A stretch of DNA of 64,000 nucleotides from Candidatus Micrarchaeota archaeon (GCA_043821365.1 JBDRCX010000002.1:96001-160000); one strand, 5' to 3'; shown: positions 37,208-46,971, counted from the first letter of the stretch. Translations and numbers: made by a program. Notes: a model not told the origin generated them from the letters alone.

Positions 37208-37870
37208 TCACTTTTCTGGTTCGAATACACCTACTGCCTGGATTTTACCATCTGGATAAATAAGATAATTTATGACTTCGAGTCGAAGCTGGTATCCAGA
37301 ACCTCTTTCTATTGCACCTTCTATTGGTCCAAATGGGCACGCCTTATCTGCCACTTCTCCTAATCCAATTTCTGATCTTGGTTCAAAAGTATAATACCCA
37401 ATTTGTTGAATGTACCCCTCTTTTGCAAGTGTGCTATAAAATTTTCCCATTATACTTCTACATCTTGGAACATTAATGCCAGTAGTTTCATTTACTTTGA
37501 ATGCACCATGTGTTATCCTGTTTCTATGCAAATCCTGACTTGCCCCATTTCTTAATGTACTCTCATAATATATTCTCACGTCTGGAGGATAAATTCTTGC
37601 ATCTCTTAACCTCTCTAAATATTCTTCTGGCCATTCAAATATGCCAGTTGTTTTTGGTCTTTTATCTGGTTTCAATGCTAAATCATTAACAATACATCCA
37701 AGTTTCACATTTTTACCGTCTTTTCTGAGTTCTTCTACCAATGTTACTGCCAATCTGAATGAAACTATTTCTGTTCTTGTCGGACCTTTATCTATTCTGA
37801 ATGCACCACCTTGAACGAGTATTCCATCCTTAACTAATATCCGTTTTTTATTACGAATCATATCCCACAC
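37208..37870 (-). CDS. Hypothetical protein, possible Rossmann-like alpha/beta enzyme
   Basis: 220-aa ORF; beta-GG-alpha-beta-D pattern (ILVQGGAF...VKLGCIVNDL). Confidence 0.55.
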   Translation of the reverse strand: MWDMIRNKKRILVKDGILVQGGAFRIDKGPTRTEIVSFRLAVTLVEELRKDGKNVKLGCIVNDLALKPDKRPKTTGIFEWPEEYLERLRDARIYPPDVRIYYESTLRNGASQDLHRNRITHGAFKVNETTGINVPRCRSIMGKFYSTLAKEGYIQQIGYYTFEPRSEIGLGEVADKACPFGPIEGAIERGSGYQLRLEVINYLIYPDGKIQAVGVFEPEK

Positions 37871-37986
37871 CTCGCCATGTTTTCTGATTAATTAACACAG
37901 TTTGGCTATTTAAAATATTTTAGCAAATTTTTAGCATTTTAGGAGGATTTATTAATATGATTACTAATAAGTAAAACTATTATGGA

Positions 37987-38037
37987 TTGAAATTTGCAAT
38001 AAATTTCAAAACTTAAAAAATCACGAGGATTTTTTAA
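37987..38037. promoter_or_regulatory. Two perfect inverted repeats directly upstream of the Lrp gene (candidate operators)
   Basis: TTGAAATTT-N5-AAATTTCAA (37987-38009) and TTAAAAAATC-N5-GATTTTTTAA (38013-38037). Confidence 0.55.
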
Positions 38038-39026
38038 TGGAAAAATTAATAAAAATAGACATAAAAGATCGCAAAATTCTGCGAGAACTAGATATGAATG
38101 CCAGGATAAACATCAAAGATTTGGCCAGACGTGTTGGTCTCTCTAGACAGGTTGTCCAATATAGGATTGACAGGATGAAGAACACTGGTTTATTACTGGG
38201 GGCAGTTACTGTTTTTGATTCTGCAGTTGTTGGACAACGGTGGTTTAGGGTTGCGATACAACTTCAAAAAATAACAAAAGAAAAGAAAAAAGAATTCATC
38301 TCTTATTTTGAAAAACACCCAAATGTTTTATGGCTTGGGGAAGTTGGTGGCAACTGGGATTTTGTTATAAATTTTGTAATTAGCGATCAATTCACATTCA
38401 ATCAAATTTTCGAAAAAATGCTTGAAGATTGGGGGGCATTTGTAAAAAAATACGAAATTCTTACTTATATAAATGTACGAGATCAGGCAAGGCGGTACGT
38501 CCTCCCAGACTACCAAATAAAATATACCGAGTTTTTCCATGCGATGAAGAATGATAGAAATGTAAAACTTGATGAGCTTGATAAAAAACTCATCCAACTT
38601 TTAGCTAAAAATGCATGGCTATCAGCATCTGAGCTTGGAAATAAACTTGGTGTAAATTATAAAACAATACAGGAAAGAATAAAAAAATTAGAAAAGGCAA
38701 ATGTCATACTTGGTTATCGTTTGATTTCCCATCCAAGAATGCTTGGCTATGAATCTCATATGATTTTCCTCGGAATCCAATCATATAGGCCAGATTTGGA
38801 AAAACAACTCTACGAGTTTCTTAATCATCCAAATGTTACTTTTTTAGTAAAACACCTTGGTCTTTGGAGGATTGGTATGGAAGTTGAAGTTTCATCTTCT
38901 AAAGAATTCCAAAATTTTCTTATAGAATTACGAACAAGATTTGGTGATTTGATATCAACCTACGAAACATTTCCAATATTCCATGATCATTTATTTAATT
39001 ATTTTCCAGATGGTGCATTAAAATGA
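38037..39026 (+). CDS. Tandem (double) Lrp/AsnC-family transcriptional regulator
   Basis: Two HTH starts (DIKDRKILRELDMNAR; DELDKKLIQLLAKNAW); same architecture as 5166-6134. Confidence 0.88.
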   Translation: MEKLIKIDIKDRKILRELDMNARINIKDLARRVGLSRQVVQYRIDRMKNTGLLLGAVTVFDSAVVGQRWFRVAIQLQKITKEKKKEFISYFEKHPNVLWLGEVGGNWDFVINFVISDQFTFNQIFEKMLEDWGAFVKKYEILTYINVRDQARRYVLPDYQIKYTEFFHAMKNDRNVKLDELDKKLIQLLAKNAWLSASELGNKLGVNYKTIQERIKKLEKANVILGYRLISHPRMLGYESHMIFLGIQSYRPDLEKQLYEFLNHPNVTFLVKHLGLWRIGMEVEVSSSKEFQNFLIELRTRFGDLISTYETFPIFHDHLFNYFPDGALK

Positions 39027-39301
39027 CCGAAGTTGTTGAGTATTTTTGCAAGTCATGCGGGAAAAAATATGGTCCATTAGGTATGCATGGTTTTATGCCA
39101 GATCATGGAACTGGAGAGTTACCAGTTGTGTGCAAAACATGCAAAATAATTTTTGTTGGTAAATATGAGAAAAATGTTCTTGTAAATAAATGTTCTATTT
39201 GCAATTCCATTCCATCTGATTTTGATAAAAAATGCCCTAATTGTGGTTCTTCAGAAATGTACTTTAAAGACACTCGTTTTGGCATAGAAGGAAAATGCTA
39301 A
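39023..39301 (+). CDS. Small double Zn-ribbon protein
   Basis: Four CxxC pairs (CKSC, CKTC, CSIC, CPNC); 4-bp overlap with the Lrp gene. Confidence 0.65.
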   Translation: MTEVVEYFCKSCGKKYGPLGMHGFMPDHGTGELPVVCKTCKIIFVGKYEKNVLVNKCSICNSIPSDFDKKCPNCGSSEMYFKDTRFGIEGKC

Positions 39302-40437
39302 TTTTCAATAAAAGCTTTCAAAACTTCAATAAGTTCAAGATAGCTTTTCTTTGAAACCCACTCACCACAAGAATGCTCTCCAGATCCAATTGGCCCATAG
39401 GTAATAATCGGTATTCCTTGCATTGCAATCAAATTCTCATCAGCAACACTCATACCACAATTGTAATTTGCTTCAACTCCAAGTTTCTCCTTTATTAGGT
39501 TTGCAAGTTTTTGAACATTTTGATTTTCTTTTGAGGTTACATATGGCAGCAAATATGGAACTTCTCTTGGCTTTACTTTTACAGTTGCTCTTTTTTGGTT
39601 TCTCAAAGTTCCATCATCATAAAGTTTGTTTATTGTTGATTGGAGATCATCTCTCACACTTTCAGCTGTCTCAGGAAGAACAAGATGTCTATCAACAATT
39701 AATGTTGCTTTATCAGGTATAGATAGTGAAACGGTTTCTGAGTATATTCTTCTAACAAACTGGTTTCCCATGTTCAAATCAGGATGTGTTGGCAATTGTG
39801 AATTCATATTTTCAAGTTCAACTGCTATTTTTGATGCTTCGGTAATTGCAGATATGCCATTCTCTATCATTGCAGCATGACAGCTTTTTCCAAAAACATC
39901 AATTTCATATTGAACTCTACCACGTCTACCTAGTGTTATTGTTCTTGTTTTTTCATTTATGTCTTCAATGTCTGATATCTCAGTTGCAATTGCAAATTCA
40001 ACATCATTTAGAAAATCTGTTCTCGTTACCTGATAACATCCTTGCGAATCTGCTTCCTCATCACTAACAAATATGATTTTTATTGCTCTTTCATTATCTA
40101 ATTTTTCAACAGCTTTCAATATAGCAGCAATTCCTGCTTTCATATCATATGCTCCTAACCCGTAAAGTTTGCCATTCTCTTCTCTAAGTTTGTATGGATT
40201 ACTCTGCTCATAACCATATGGTGGAACAGTGTCCATGTGAGCATACAGGAGAAGTGGGGTTCCTTTTGATCCTCTACTTGCAAGAACATTCATTCTATTC
40301 TCATTAAACTTTTCAATTCTAACATTGAACTTTCTTTTTTTTAGTTGTTCAGCCAAAAAGTTTGCAAGTTGGGCCTCATTTGGAAAAACTGAGTTTATTG
40401 AAACAAGTTCTCTAAGTAATTCTATATGATCCATCAT
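39298..40437 (-). CDS. M20 family metallopeptidase/deacylase (ArgE/DapE-like)
   Basis: AHMDTVP, GLGAYDMKAG, SDEE, GKSCHAA, GEHSCGE. Confidence 0.9.
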   Translation of the reverse strand: MMDHIELLRELVSINSVFPNEAQLANFLAEQLKKRKFNVRIEKFNENRMNVLASRGSKGTPLLLYAHMDTVPPYGYEQSNPYKLREENGKLYGLGAYDMKAGIAAILKAVEKLDNERAIKIIFVSDEEADSQGCYQVTRTDFLNDVEFAIATEISDIEDINEKTRTITLGRRGRVQYEIDVFGKSCHAAMIENGISAITEASKIAVELENMNSQLPTHPDLNMGNQFVRRIYSETVSLSIPDKATLIVDRHLVLPETAESVRDDLQSTINKLYDDGTLRNQKRATVKVKPREVPYLLPYVTSKENQNVQKLANLIKEKLGVEANYNCGMSVADENLIAMQGIPIITYGPIGSGEHSCGEWVSKKSYLELIEVLKAFIEN

Positions 40438-41378
40438 CTCACGTCAGCCCAAACATGAAGGTTTTCCATGTCTCCTGTTTCATTAAAGTCTCTGTCACTA
40501 ACAAGAATACAGTGTTTTGGTAATGTTCCACAATAAGTAAAGCCTGCTTTCTGAGAAGATCTATTAACAGCTTCCCATGGGGCTCTATTTTCAGAGTATA
40601 TTACTGCATCATCCCCATGTAGCCGTCTAATTGCTACTCTTGCATCCATCTGCATAAGTGTCATAAGACCATTACCGCGGTGGGCTCTAAATGTTGCAAA
40701 GTCACTTAATTCAAAAAGATGAACTGTCTGACCATCTATTATGAGAGTGCAATGTTCTGCTATTAATGAAGCAACTATGTCCTGGGTTGTTCTTTCTCTT
40801 GCAACTACTACTATATTCCCATTGCTTAGCATCTCTTCCATTGACCCTTCTGTTATATCAAATGTGTATTTTTCATATGCTTCTCTATAAAGTGCCAATA
40901 ATCTTGCAATATCCCTTTGTTTTGCTCCATTTTGATCCACAGGTGATATCGCATATCCTGCATCGCTTATTCTTCTAGCAGCTTCGGTTGTTGTTACTGG
41001 TTCTATACCAGCCATTCTTGCTAAGCTATCTATCTCTGCTTTAAGTACCTCTGGGTCTGGCATTCTTTCTGATCGGTTTCTGCCAAAATAAACCATAGAA
41101 AAGCCAGGCATTATTCTATCAGCAGGAACCACTGCCTCAACATCTAATCCATCTGCTTTTCTTATTCCTTCTAACAATCCTTTTCCTACAAATGCACGAA
41201 CTGTTGTTCTTGTAGCCTGTGGATGCGCTGCTTGAATATCATGAACTGAGCCAACCATCCTATCTAGGTCACGTCTAGCTAGTATGCGTTCAGTGCAAAA
41301 TCCTTTGATACGACTGTTATGTCCATCATATCGTGCAGGCCATACTGCGCCCACACTTCCAACTTGATTCAAAGCCAT
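40434..41378 (-). CDS. GNAT acetyltransferase similar to beta-lysine N6-acetyltransferase AblB/YodP
   Basis: HNSRIK N-terminus, ELSDFATFRAHRGNGLM, YSENRA, AGFTYCGTLPKHC, ENLHVW. Confidence 0.7.
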   Translation of the reverse strand: MALNQVGSVGAVWPARYDGHNSRIKGFCTERILARRDLDRMVGSVHDIQAAHPQATRTTVRAFVGKGLLEGIRKADGLDVEAVVPADRIMPGFSMVYFGRNRSERMPDPEVLKAEIDSLARMAGIEPVTTTEAARRISDAGYAISPVDQNGAKQRDIARLLALYREAYEKYTFDITEGSMEEMLSNGNIVVVARERTTQDIVASLIAEHCTLIIDGQTVHLFELSDFATFRAHRGNGLMTLMQMDARVAIRRLHGDDAVIYSENRAPWEAVNRSSQKAGFTYCGTLPKHCILVSDRDFNETGDMENLHVWADVR

Positions 41379-41454
41379 ATTTATTCACATTTTCTGGCAC
41401 TTTTTCTGAGCCATTACGTACTTTTCTATTATTTACCATTGTATTTTTAAATAT

Positions 41455-41527
41455 ATCGTAATCTTATTACGATTAACGTAATACTATCAAGTATTACAAC
41501 CGAATATCGTAAAATACGAAAATCGTA
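41455..41527. promoter_or_regulatory. Array of palindromic operator-like sites between divergent GNAT and Lrp genes
   Basis: ATCGTAAT-CTT-ATTACGAT (41455-41473), GTAATAC-N6-GTATTAC (41478-41497), TCGTA-AAA-TACGA (41507-41519), extra TCGTA at 41523. Confidence 0.65.
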
Positions 41528-41559
41528 GTCTTTTTATTATTTCACTAAGCAACAAAATC

Positions 41560-41970
41560 ATGAAGTTGGATGAAATTGATGAGAAAATCCTTTCAATCCT
41601 AAAATCAAATTCAAGAACTTCAAATGTGCAGATTGCAAAGCAAGTTAAATTAACTGAGGGTGCAGTGAGAAACAGGATTGAGCATCTTGTAAAGAACGGA
41701 GCAATAAAAAGTTTTACTATTGAGATTGGCACAGGCAGCTCTTTTTTTGCTATAGTAATGCTTAAGGCCAAACATGAAACAAAAAAAATGATGGCAGAGA
41801 TTAGTGAATCAAAAATTGCAAAAGATTCCTATGAAATATCTGGAGATTTTGATGGTTGTGCAATAATCGAAGGGAATGCGCTTGAAGAAATCGATTCAAA
41901 AATAGACGAATTAAGAAAATTGAAGAATGTAAATGACACAAAAACATTCATATCCCTTAAACGCTGGTAA
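41560..41970 (+). CDS. Lrp/AsnC-family transcriptional regulator (single)
   Basis: LDEIDEKILSILKSNSRTS...LTEGAVRNRI; EISGDFD; TKTFIS. Confidence 0.9.
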   Translation: MKLDEIDEKILSILKSNSRTSNVQIAKQVKLTEGAVRNRIEHLVKNGAIKSFTIEIGTGSSFFAIVMLKAKHETKKMMAEISESKIAKDSYEISGDFDGCAIIEGNALEEIDSKIDELRKLKNVNDTKTFISLKRW

Positions 41971-42858
41971 TTAGTGTTTATGAGTTACTTCGTGTTCTAA
42001 CATATGGCACGTTTCTTCACTTTTGCAACTACACCCAACCGGCTCGAATTGTATTGTGCAATGAGTTATGTTGTATTTCTGTTTAAGGTTTTCTTCTATT
42101 CTCAATTGGATTTTCCTCAATTTAAGCAGGTTCCTTTCCTTTACTTCAATGTGCATCATTGCAAAAACAAACTCAGAACAGGTTCTCCATACATGTATAT
42201 CATGCACTCCATGAACACCAGCAACTCCCAAAGCTGTTTTTTCAATTTCTTCTGTACTGGCTCCATACGGTGCAGATTCAAGCAATATTGATATTGAACT
42301 CCTCAGAATAGTATATGCGCTGAAAAGTATCAAACCTGATATGAGTACGCTTGCTGCAATATCTATTGCATACTGCCCAGTCATCATTATCAAAATAGCA
42401 CTTATAATTACCCCAACAGATGAAAGTGCATCTCCAGCAGCATGGAGGAATGCACTTCTCACATTCAAATTTTCCTCATGCTGAAGATGATAAACAACAT
42501 AAAGATTCCCAACAAGTCCAATAATAGAAGTGAATAACATCGGGATACTGTTTATTTCGTATACTGTTCCGTATCTGTGATATGCTTCATATAAAATTAC
42601 CACTGCCATTACCACAAGTAATATTCCATTGAATAATGCAGCAAAAACCTCTGTTCTGTGGAAACCAAATGTTCTTCTTGCAGTTGGCAATTTCAATGCC
42701 AATCTCATTGCAAGTAGTGAGGCTCCTATTGCTATCAAATCAGAAAAAACATGTGCGCTGTCACCCAACAATGAAAGGCTGTTTGAGTAATACCAGCCGC
42801 AAAGCTGAACAATCAGAACTATCAAGCTTACAACAAATGCCTTTTCCAATTGCTTCAT
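41971..42858 (-). CDS. Cation diffusion facilitator (CzcD/ZitB-like)
   Basis: SLSLLGDSAHVFSD, FGFHRTE, NVRSAFLHAAGD, VHDIHVW, HCTIQFE. Confidence 0.93.
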   Translation of the reverse strand: MKQLEKAFVVSLIVLIVQLCGWYYSNSLSLLGDSAHVFSDLIAIGASLLAMRLALKLPTARRTFGFHRTEVFAALFNGILLVVMAVVILYEAYHRYGTVYEINSIPMLFTSIIGLVGNLYVVYHLQHEENLNVRSAFLHAAGDALSSVGVIISAILIMMTGQYAIDIAASVLISGLILFSAYTILRSSISILLESAPYGASTEEIEKTALGVAGVHGVHDIHVWRTCSEFVFAMMHIEVKERNLLKLRKIQLRIEENLKQKYNITHCTIQFEPVGCSCKSEETCHMLEHEVTHKH

Positions 42859-42862
42859 ATTT

Positions 42863-43813
42863 TCACTTCATATAACTACTTGCCAAATTAATGTATTTTG
42901 TAATTCTTTTTTTACTATCCTCGTTTTTATTCTGGATCCATTCAATTGCAGCTATTTTTGCCCTTACATTCGCTCGATAGCATTTGAAAAGATTAAGTAA
43001 TGTGCTAATCTCTTTATCTCCGGTTAATCGTATATATTCATCTACAAATATTTTGCTCAAATCTTCTCTTCCAAAAGCATCCAAGTCCATTGCTAGAAAT
43101 GCAATATCATTGGCCATGTCTATACATCTGAAATCTTTGTTAAATTCGATACAGTCAATTATCTTTATTTCATTTTTATCAAAAAATATATTGCCAGAAT
43201 GCAAGTCACCATGACAATCTTTTACTTTGCCATCTTTTTTTCTCTTTTCTATTTTTTCTTTGTTATTCTCAATGAATTTCGCACACTCAACAAGTATAAA
43301 CTCAACTTCCATTCCAAGCCCAGCTGACTCATCAATTGCACTTTTAAAATTGTCCAAATCATTTATTTGTTCAGCTATTATTTTCGGAGAACCGTATTCT
43401 CCCTCTACTATCTCTGTTTTTCCATGAAAATCAGCTATAATTTTTGCTATTTTTTTAATGCCTTCTTCATCTATTTTATTGATAATAAGCAGTTCATCCA
43501 TCCTATCATTCAATTTCTTCATTTTCACTGCATATTCAATTATTTTTCCTTTACCATCAATGGCTGGTTCGTCAGTAATCTCACTAACTCCTAGGTAAAC
43601 ATCCGGTGCTAATCTTCTATTTAATCTAACTTCTTCATCACAAAAAAACTTTCTTTTTTCCAATGTTGTAAAATCCAAAAATGAGAATTTCAGTGGTTTT
43701 TTTATCTTATAAACTTCCTCATCAATCAAAATCCATGAAATGTGAGTTTCCTTTAGTTGTGTTTTCGATGCAGTAATAAGTTTTTCTAATACTCTTTCAT
43801 CCATCTTCGTCAC
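42863..43813 (-). CDS. Aminoglycoside-phosphotransferase/kinase-like domain protein
   Basis: ETHISW, YKIKKP, EVRLNRRLAP, DCHGDLHSGNI, IDCIEFN. Confidence 0.85.
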   Translation of the reverse strand: MTKMDERVLEKLITASKTQLKETHISWILIDEEVYKIKKPLKFSFLDFTTLEKRKFFCDEEVRLNRRLAPDVYLGVSEITDEPAIDGKGKIIEYAVKMKKLNDRMDELLIINKIDEEGIKKIAKIIADFHGKTEIVEGEYGSPKIIAEQINDLDNFKSAIDESAGLGMEVEFILVECAKFIENNKEKIEKRKKDGKVKDCHGDLHSGNIFFDKNEIKIIDCIEFNKDFRCIDMANDIAFLAMDLDAFGREDLSKIFVDEYIRLTGDKEISTLLNLFKCYRANVRAKIAAIEWIQNKNEDSKKRITKYINLASSYMK

Positions 43814-44303
43814 CTATAAATTCCAATACTCTAGTAATGTTATTTTTTACTGGTAATGAGGAGTCAATATGTATGTGTTTCTCCTTAATTGGTTGAAATT
43901 CTTTTCTTAATTTTAAATAAACATTAAAATCTGCATCACTTAAACTATTCTTTCTCCGTTTCAATCGTTTTCTTGTTTCTTCTTCTGAAAGTGTGCATAC
44001 TATAATGTACGCTTTTGCGGATGCTTGTTTTGCAAGTTTTAAGAATCTCTTACGTTCTGATTCAAGATAAAAAGTCGCATCAACTATGACATTTCCATCC
44101 ATATCTAGTGATTTTTTAGCATGTTCGGCCATCCTATCGTATATTAGTTTTTTTTCTTGCTCTGAATATGTTGGTTTCTTGATTATTTTTTTGCGTATTC
44201 TATCACTACTTAAGTAAATTAGTTTGGAAGAAAATCCATTTACTAATCTTTTTGCAAAGCTGCTTTTCCCACTCCCAGGCAGACCGCAAATGATTATAAG
44301 CAT
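43797..44303 (-). CDS. P-loop kinase (AAA_33 / gluconokinase-like)
   Basis: CGLPGSGKS, SSDRIRK, IVDATF, SDAD. Confidence 0.85.
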   Translation of the reverse strand: MLIIICGLPGSGKSSFAKRLVNGFSSKLIYLSSDRIRKKIIKKPTYSEQEKKLIYDRMAEHAKKSLDMDGNVIVDATFYLESERKRFLKLAKQASAKAYIIVCTLSEEETRKRLKRRKNSLSDADFNVYLKLRKEFQPIKEKHIHIDSSLPVKNNITRVLEFIGDEDG

Positions 44304-44366
44304 GTTCCATAATAGGTCTATTAAATTTATTAACTAACTTTTAGTGGCTAAACTTTTGGTGATACT

Positions 44367-45578
44367 ATGGATTTTGATATTATTATTATAGGCGCAGGTC
44401 CGTCAGGTTCAAGTTGTGCTTCTTTTCTATCAAAGGCAGGCAAGAAAGTTCTCCTTCTTGATCGTGCTAAATTTCCAAGAGAAAAAGTATGTGGAGATGG
44501 TATTAGTGGAAGATCAGTTGCCGTTCTTCAGGAACTAGGTATTCTTGATCTTTTTGATGATGTTGAGCACGAAGATATGTTCGGAGTCACATTTTCATCT
44601 CCGAATGGTACTGTTGTTCCTGTTTCTTCGAAAGGCAAATCAAAAAAACCACCTGGATTTGTGTGTAGGCGTGAAGTATTCGACAATATTGTTTTTCAGC
44701 ATGCAAAATCTCTTTCAACAAAAACCATAGAAAATTTTATTGCCCAAGATCTTATTATTGAAAATGATTATGTTGTTGGTGTAAAAGGTACACACAATGG
44801 TAAAGAGATGGAATTTAGAGCCAAAGTTATTGTTGGGGCAGATGGTGCTGCTGGTATAACTGCAAGAAAACTCAATGCAGTAAACACTGATCCTAATCAC
44901 CAATGTTCTGGTATCAGATGCTATTATGAAGGGGTGGAAGGGATGGGGGATAAAATAGAACTCCATTTCGTAAAAGAGGCAATTCCAGGATATTTTTGGA
45001 TTTTTCCACTCCCGGGAAAAAAAGCAAATATTGGAATGGGGATGATGGTTAGGGATATCAAAAAACACAAAATAAATTTGCAAAAGGTGATGTTTGATAT
45101 AATTGAAAGCAATCCTACTTTCAAATGGAGATTTGCAAAAGCTAAAAAAACAACAGAAGTAAAAAGTTGGCTTCTACCTTACGCAACAAAAAAAGTAAAG
45201 GCAGCTGGAAATGGCTATGTTCTTGTTGGTGATGCATCCTCATTGATAGATCCTTTTACTGGTGAAGGAATAGGGAATGCACTTACAAGTGGTAAACTGG
45301 CAGCAGAAACAATAATCCAAGCATTCAAAACAAATGACTTTTCAGAAAAATCACTTTCCGAATATCAAACCCAACTCTTCAGCCTGATCGAAGGCGAAGT
45401 AAACTCAAATTATAGAATGCAAAAATTATCTAACAATCCATTTTTGCTTAATTTAGTTATAGGAAGAGCAGCAAAAAGTGACTATGTTAAAGGAGTAATA
45501 TCTGATGCCCTACTTAACCCTCAAGATCATGCAAAACTAGTTGACCCGTTATTTTTTGTTAAAGCACTTTTCCTCTGA
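44367..45578 (+). CDS. Geranylgeranyl reductase family FAD oxidoreductase
   Basis: GAGPSG, FPREKVCGDG, GADG, YFWIFP, VGDASSLIDPFTGEGI. Confidence 0.9.
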   Translation: MDFDIIIIGAGPSGSSCASFLSKAGKKVLLLDRAKFPREKVCGDGISGRSVAVLQELGILDLFDDVEHEDMFGVTFSSPNGTVVPVSSKGKSKKPPGFVCRREVFDNIVFQHAKSLSTKTIENFIAQDLIIENDYVVGVKGTHNGKEMEFRAKVIVGADGAAGITARKLNAVNTDPNHQCSGIRCYYEGVEGMGDKIELHFVKEAIPGYFWIFPLPGKKANIGMGMMVRDIKKHKINLQKVMFDIIESNPTFKWRFAKAKKTTEVKSWLLPYATKKVKAAGNGYVLVGDASSLIDPFTGEGIGNALTSGKLAAETIIQAFKTNDFSEKSLSEYQTQLFSLIEGEVNSNYRMQKLSNNPFLLNLVIGRAAKSDYVKGVISDALLNPQDHAKLVDPLFFVKALFL

Positions 45579-45630
45579 ACTTACGATTCCTTTGAATCCC
45601 CTTTTTATTTATAATGTTGATTATCTAATT

Positions 45631-46971
45631 ATGAAATTTGATCTTATTGTTATAGGTGCAGGATCAGGTCTTGATATTTCTAGTGCAGCTGCAGCAAAAG
45701 GTATGAAAGTTGCAATTGTTGAAAAGGGTCCAATGGGTGGCACATGCCTTAATCGGGGTTGTATACCCTCAAAAATATTGATTCATTCTGCTGATATTCT
45801 AAAAACAATTAGAGAATCTGGCAAATTTGGTATCGAAGTCGGTAAAATTAAGATAGACTTTCAAAAAATCATGCAACACTCTTTTATAGTCGATCAAGAT
45901 TCTCAAAAGATAGAGCAAGCAATCCTCTCAAATCCAAATCTAACTCTTTTCAAAGGCGAAGGTAAGTTTGTTGGCCATAAAATACTACAAATCGGAGATA
46001 AACAAATAACTGCAGACAAAATAGTTATTGCTGCAGGTACCCGTCCATCTATACCACCAATTGAGAATTTGAACAAAGTTCCATATAAGACAAGCGATCA
46101 AATGCTAAGAGTCGAAAAACTTCCAAAAAAACTCATAATTGTTGGTGGTGGTTATATTGCATGCGAACTTGCTCATTTTTTCGGTACCCTTGGTTCTGAA
46201 GTTACAATCTTACAAAGAAATATTCGTCTTCTTCCAAATGAAGATGAAGAAATTGGGCAGAAGTTCACAGATATTTTTTCAACGCAACACAAAGTGAAAC
46301 TTGGTTTTCCAGTTCTTAAAGTAGAGAAAAAAGGATCTAAAATTTTAGTGCATGGTAAGGATGAAATTGTTGAAGGAACTACCTTTTTCATTGCAACTGG
46401 CAGAACTCCAAATACTGATATTTTAGATGTTATAAAAACAGGAGTTACAACTAATAGCAAAGGATACATAGAAACTAATGAGTTCATGGAAACAAATGTT
46501 GAGGGAATTTGGGCAATTGGTGATATTGTTGGGAAGTATTTATTCAAACATTCTGCAAATCTAGAGGCAGAATATGTTTCCATTGCAATACTAAATCCAG
46601 AACACAAACGTCCTGTTGATTATACTGCAATGCCTCATGCTGTTTTTTCCAATCCACAAATTGCAGGTGTTGGTCTAACTGAACAAGAATTGAGAGAACA
46701 AGGAACAGATTATCTAATTGGCAAATATGAATATCAACATACTGGTATGGGGGAGGCACTGTTAGAAAAAAATGGTTTTGTTAAATTCATAACTGATTAT
46801 GAAGGAAAAATCTTAGGTTGCCATATTATTGGTCCTGAAGCATCAACGTTGATCCACGAAGTATTAGTTTCAATGAAAGCAGGTAAATCTCATGTTAATG
46901 ACATTCTACATACAATTCACATTCACCCTTCATTGAGTGAAGTTGTACAAAGAGGAGCTGGATCAGTTTAA
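45631..46971 (+). CDS. lpdA: Dihydrolipoyl dehydrogenase-family flavoprotein disulfide reductase (probable GCS L protein)
   Basis: GAGSG, GGTCLNRGCIPSK redox disulfide, GGGYIA, AIGD, HIHPSLSE; ATG at 45631 preferred over track TTG 45541. Confidence 0.8.
   Translation: MKFDLIVIGAGSGLDISSAAAAKGMKVAIVEKGPMGGTCLNRGCIPSKILIHSADILKTIRESGKFGIEVGKIKIDFQKIMQHSFIVDQDSQKIEQAILSNPNLTLFKGEGKFVGHKILQIGDKQITADKIVIAAGTRPSIPPIENLNKVPYKTSDQMLRVEKLPKKLIIVGGGYIACELAHFFGTLGSEVTILQRNIRLLPNEDEEIGQKFTDIFSTQHKVKLGFPVLKVEKKGSKILVHGKDEIVEGTTFFIATGRTPNTDILDVIKTGVTTNSKGYIETNEFMETNVEGIWAIGDIVGKYLFKHSANLEAEYVSIAILNPEHKRPVDYTAMPHAVFSNPQIAGVGLTEQELREQGTDYLIGKYEYQHTGMGEALLEKNGFVKFITDYEGKILGCHIIGPEASTLIHEVLVSMKAGKSHVNDILHTIHIHPSLSEVVQRGAGSV

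Noticed and set aside
45541-45630. N-terminal extension of the dihydrolipoyl dehydrogenase-like ORF
   Set aside because: Overlaps the GGR gene end; the family-typical start MKFDLIVIGAG begins at ATG 45631
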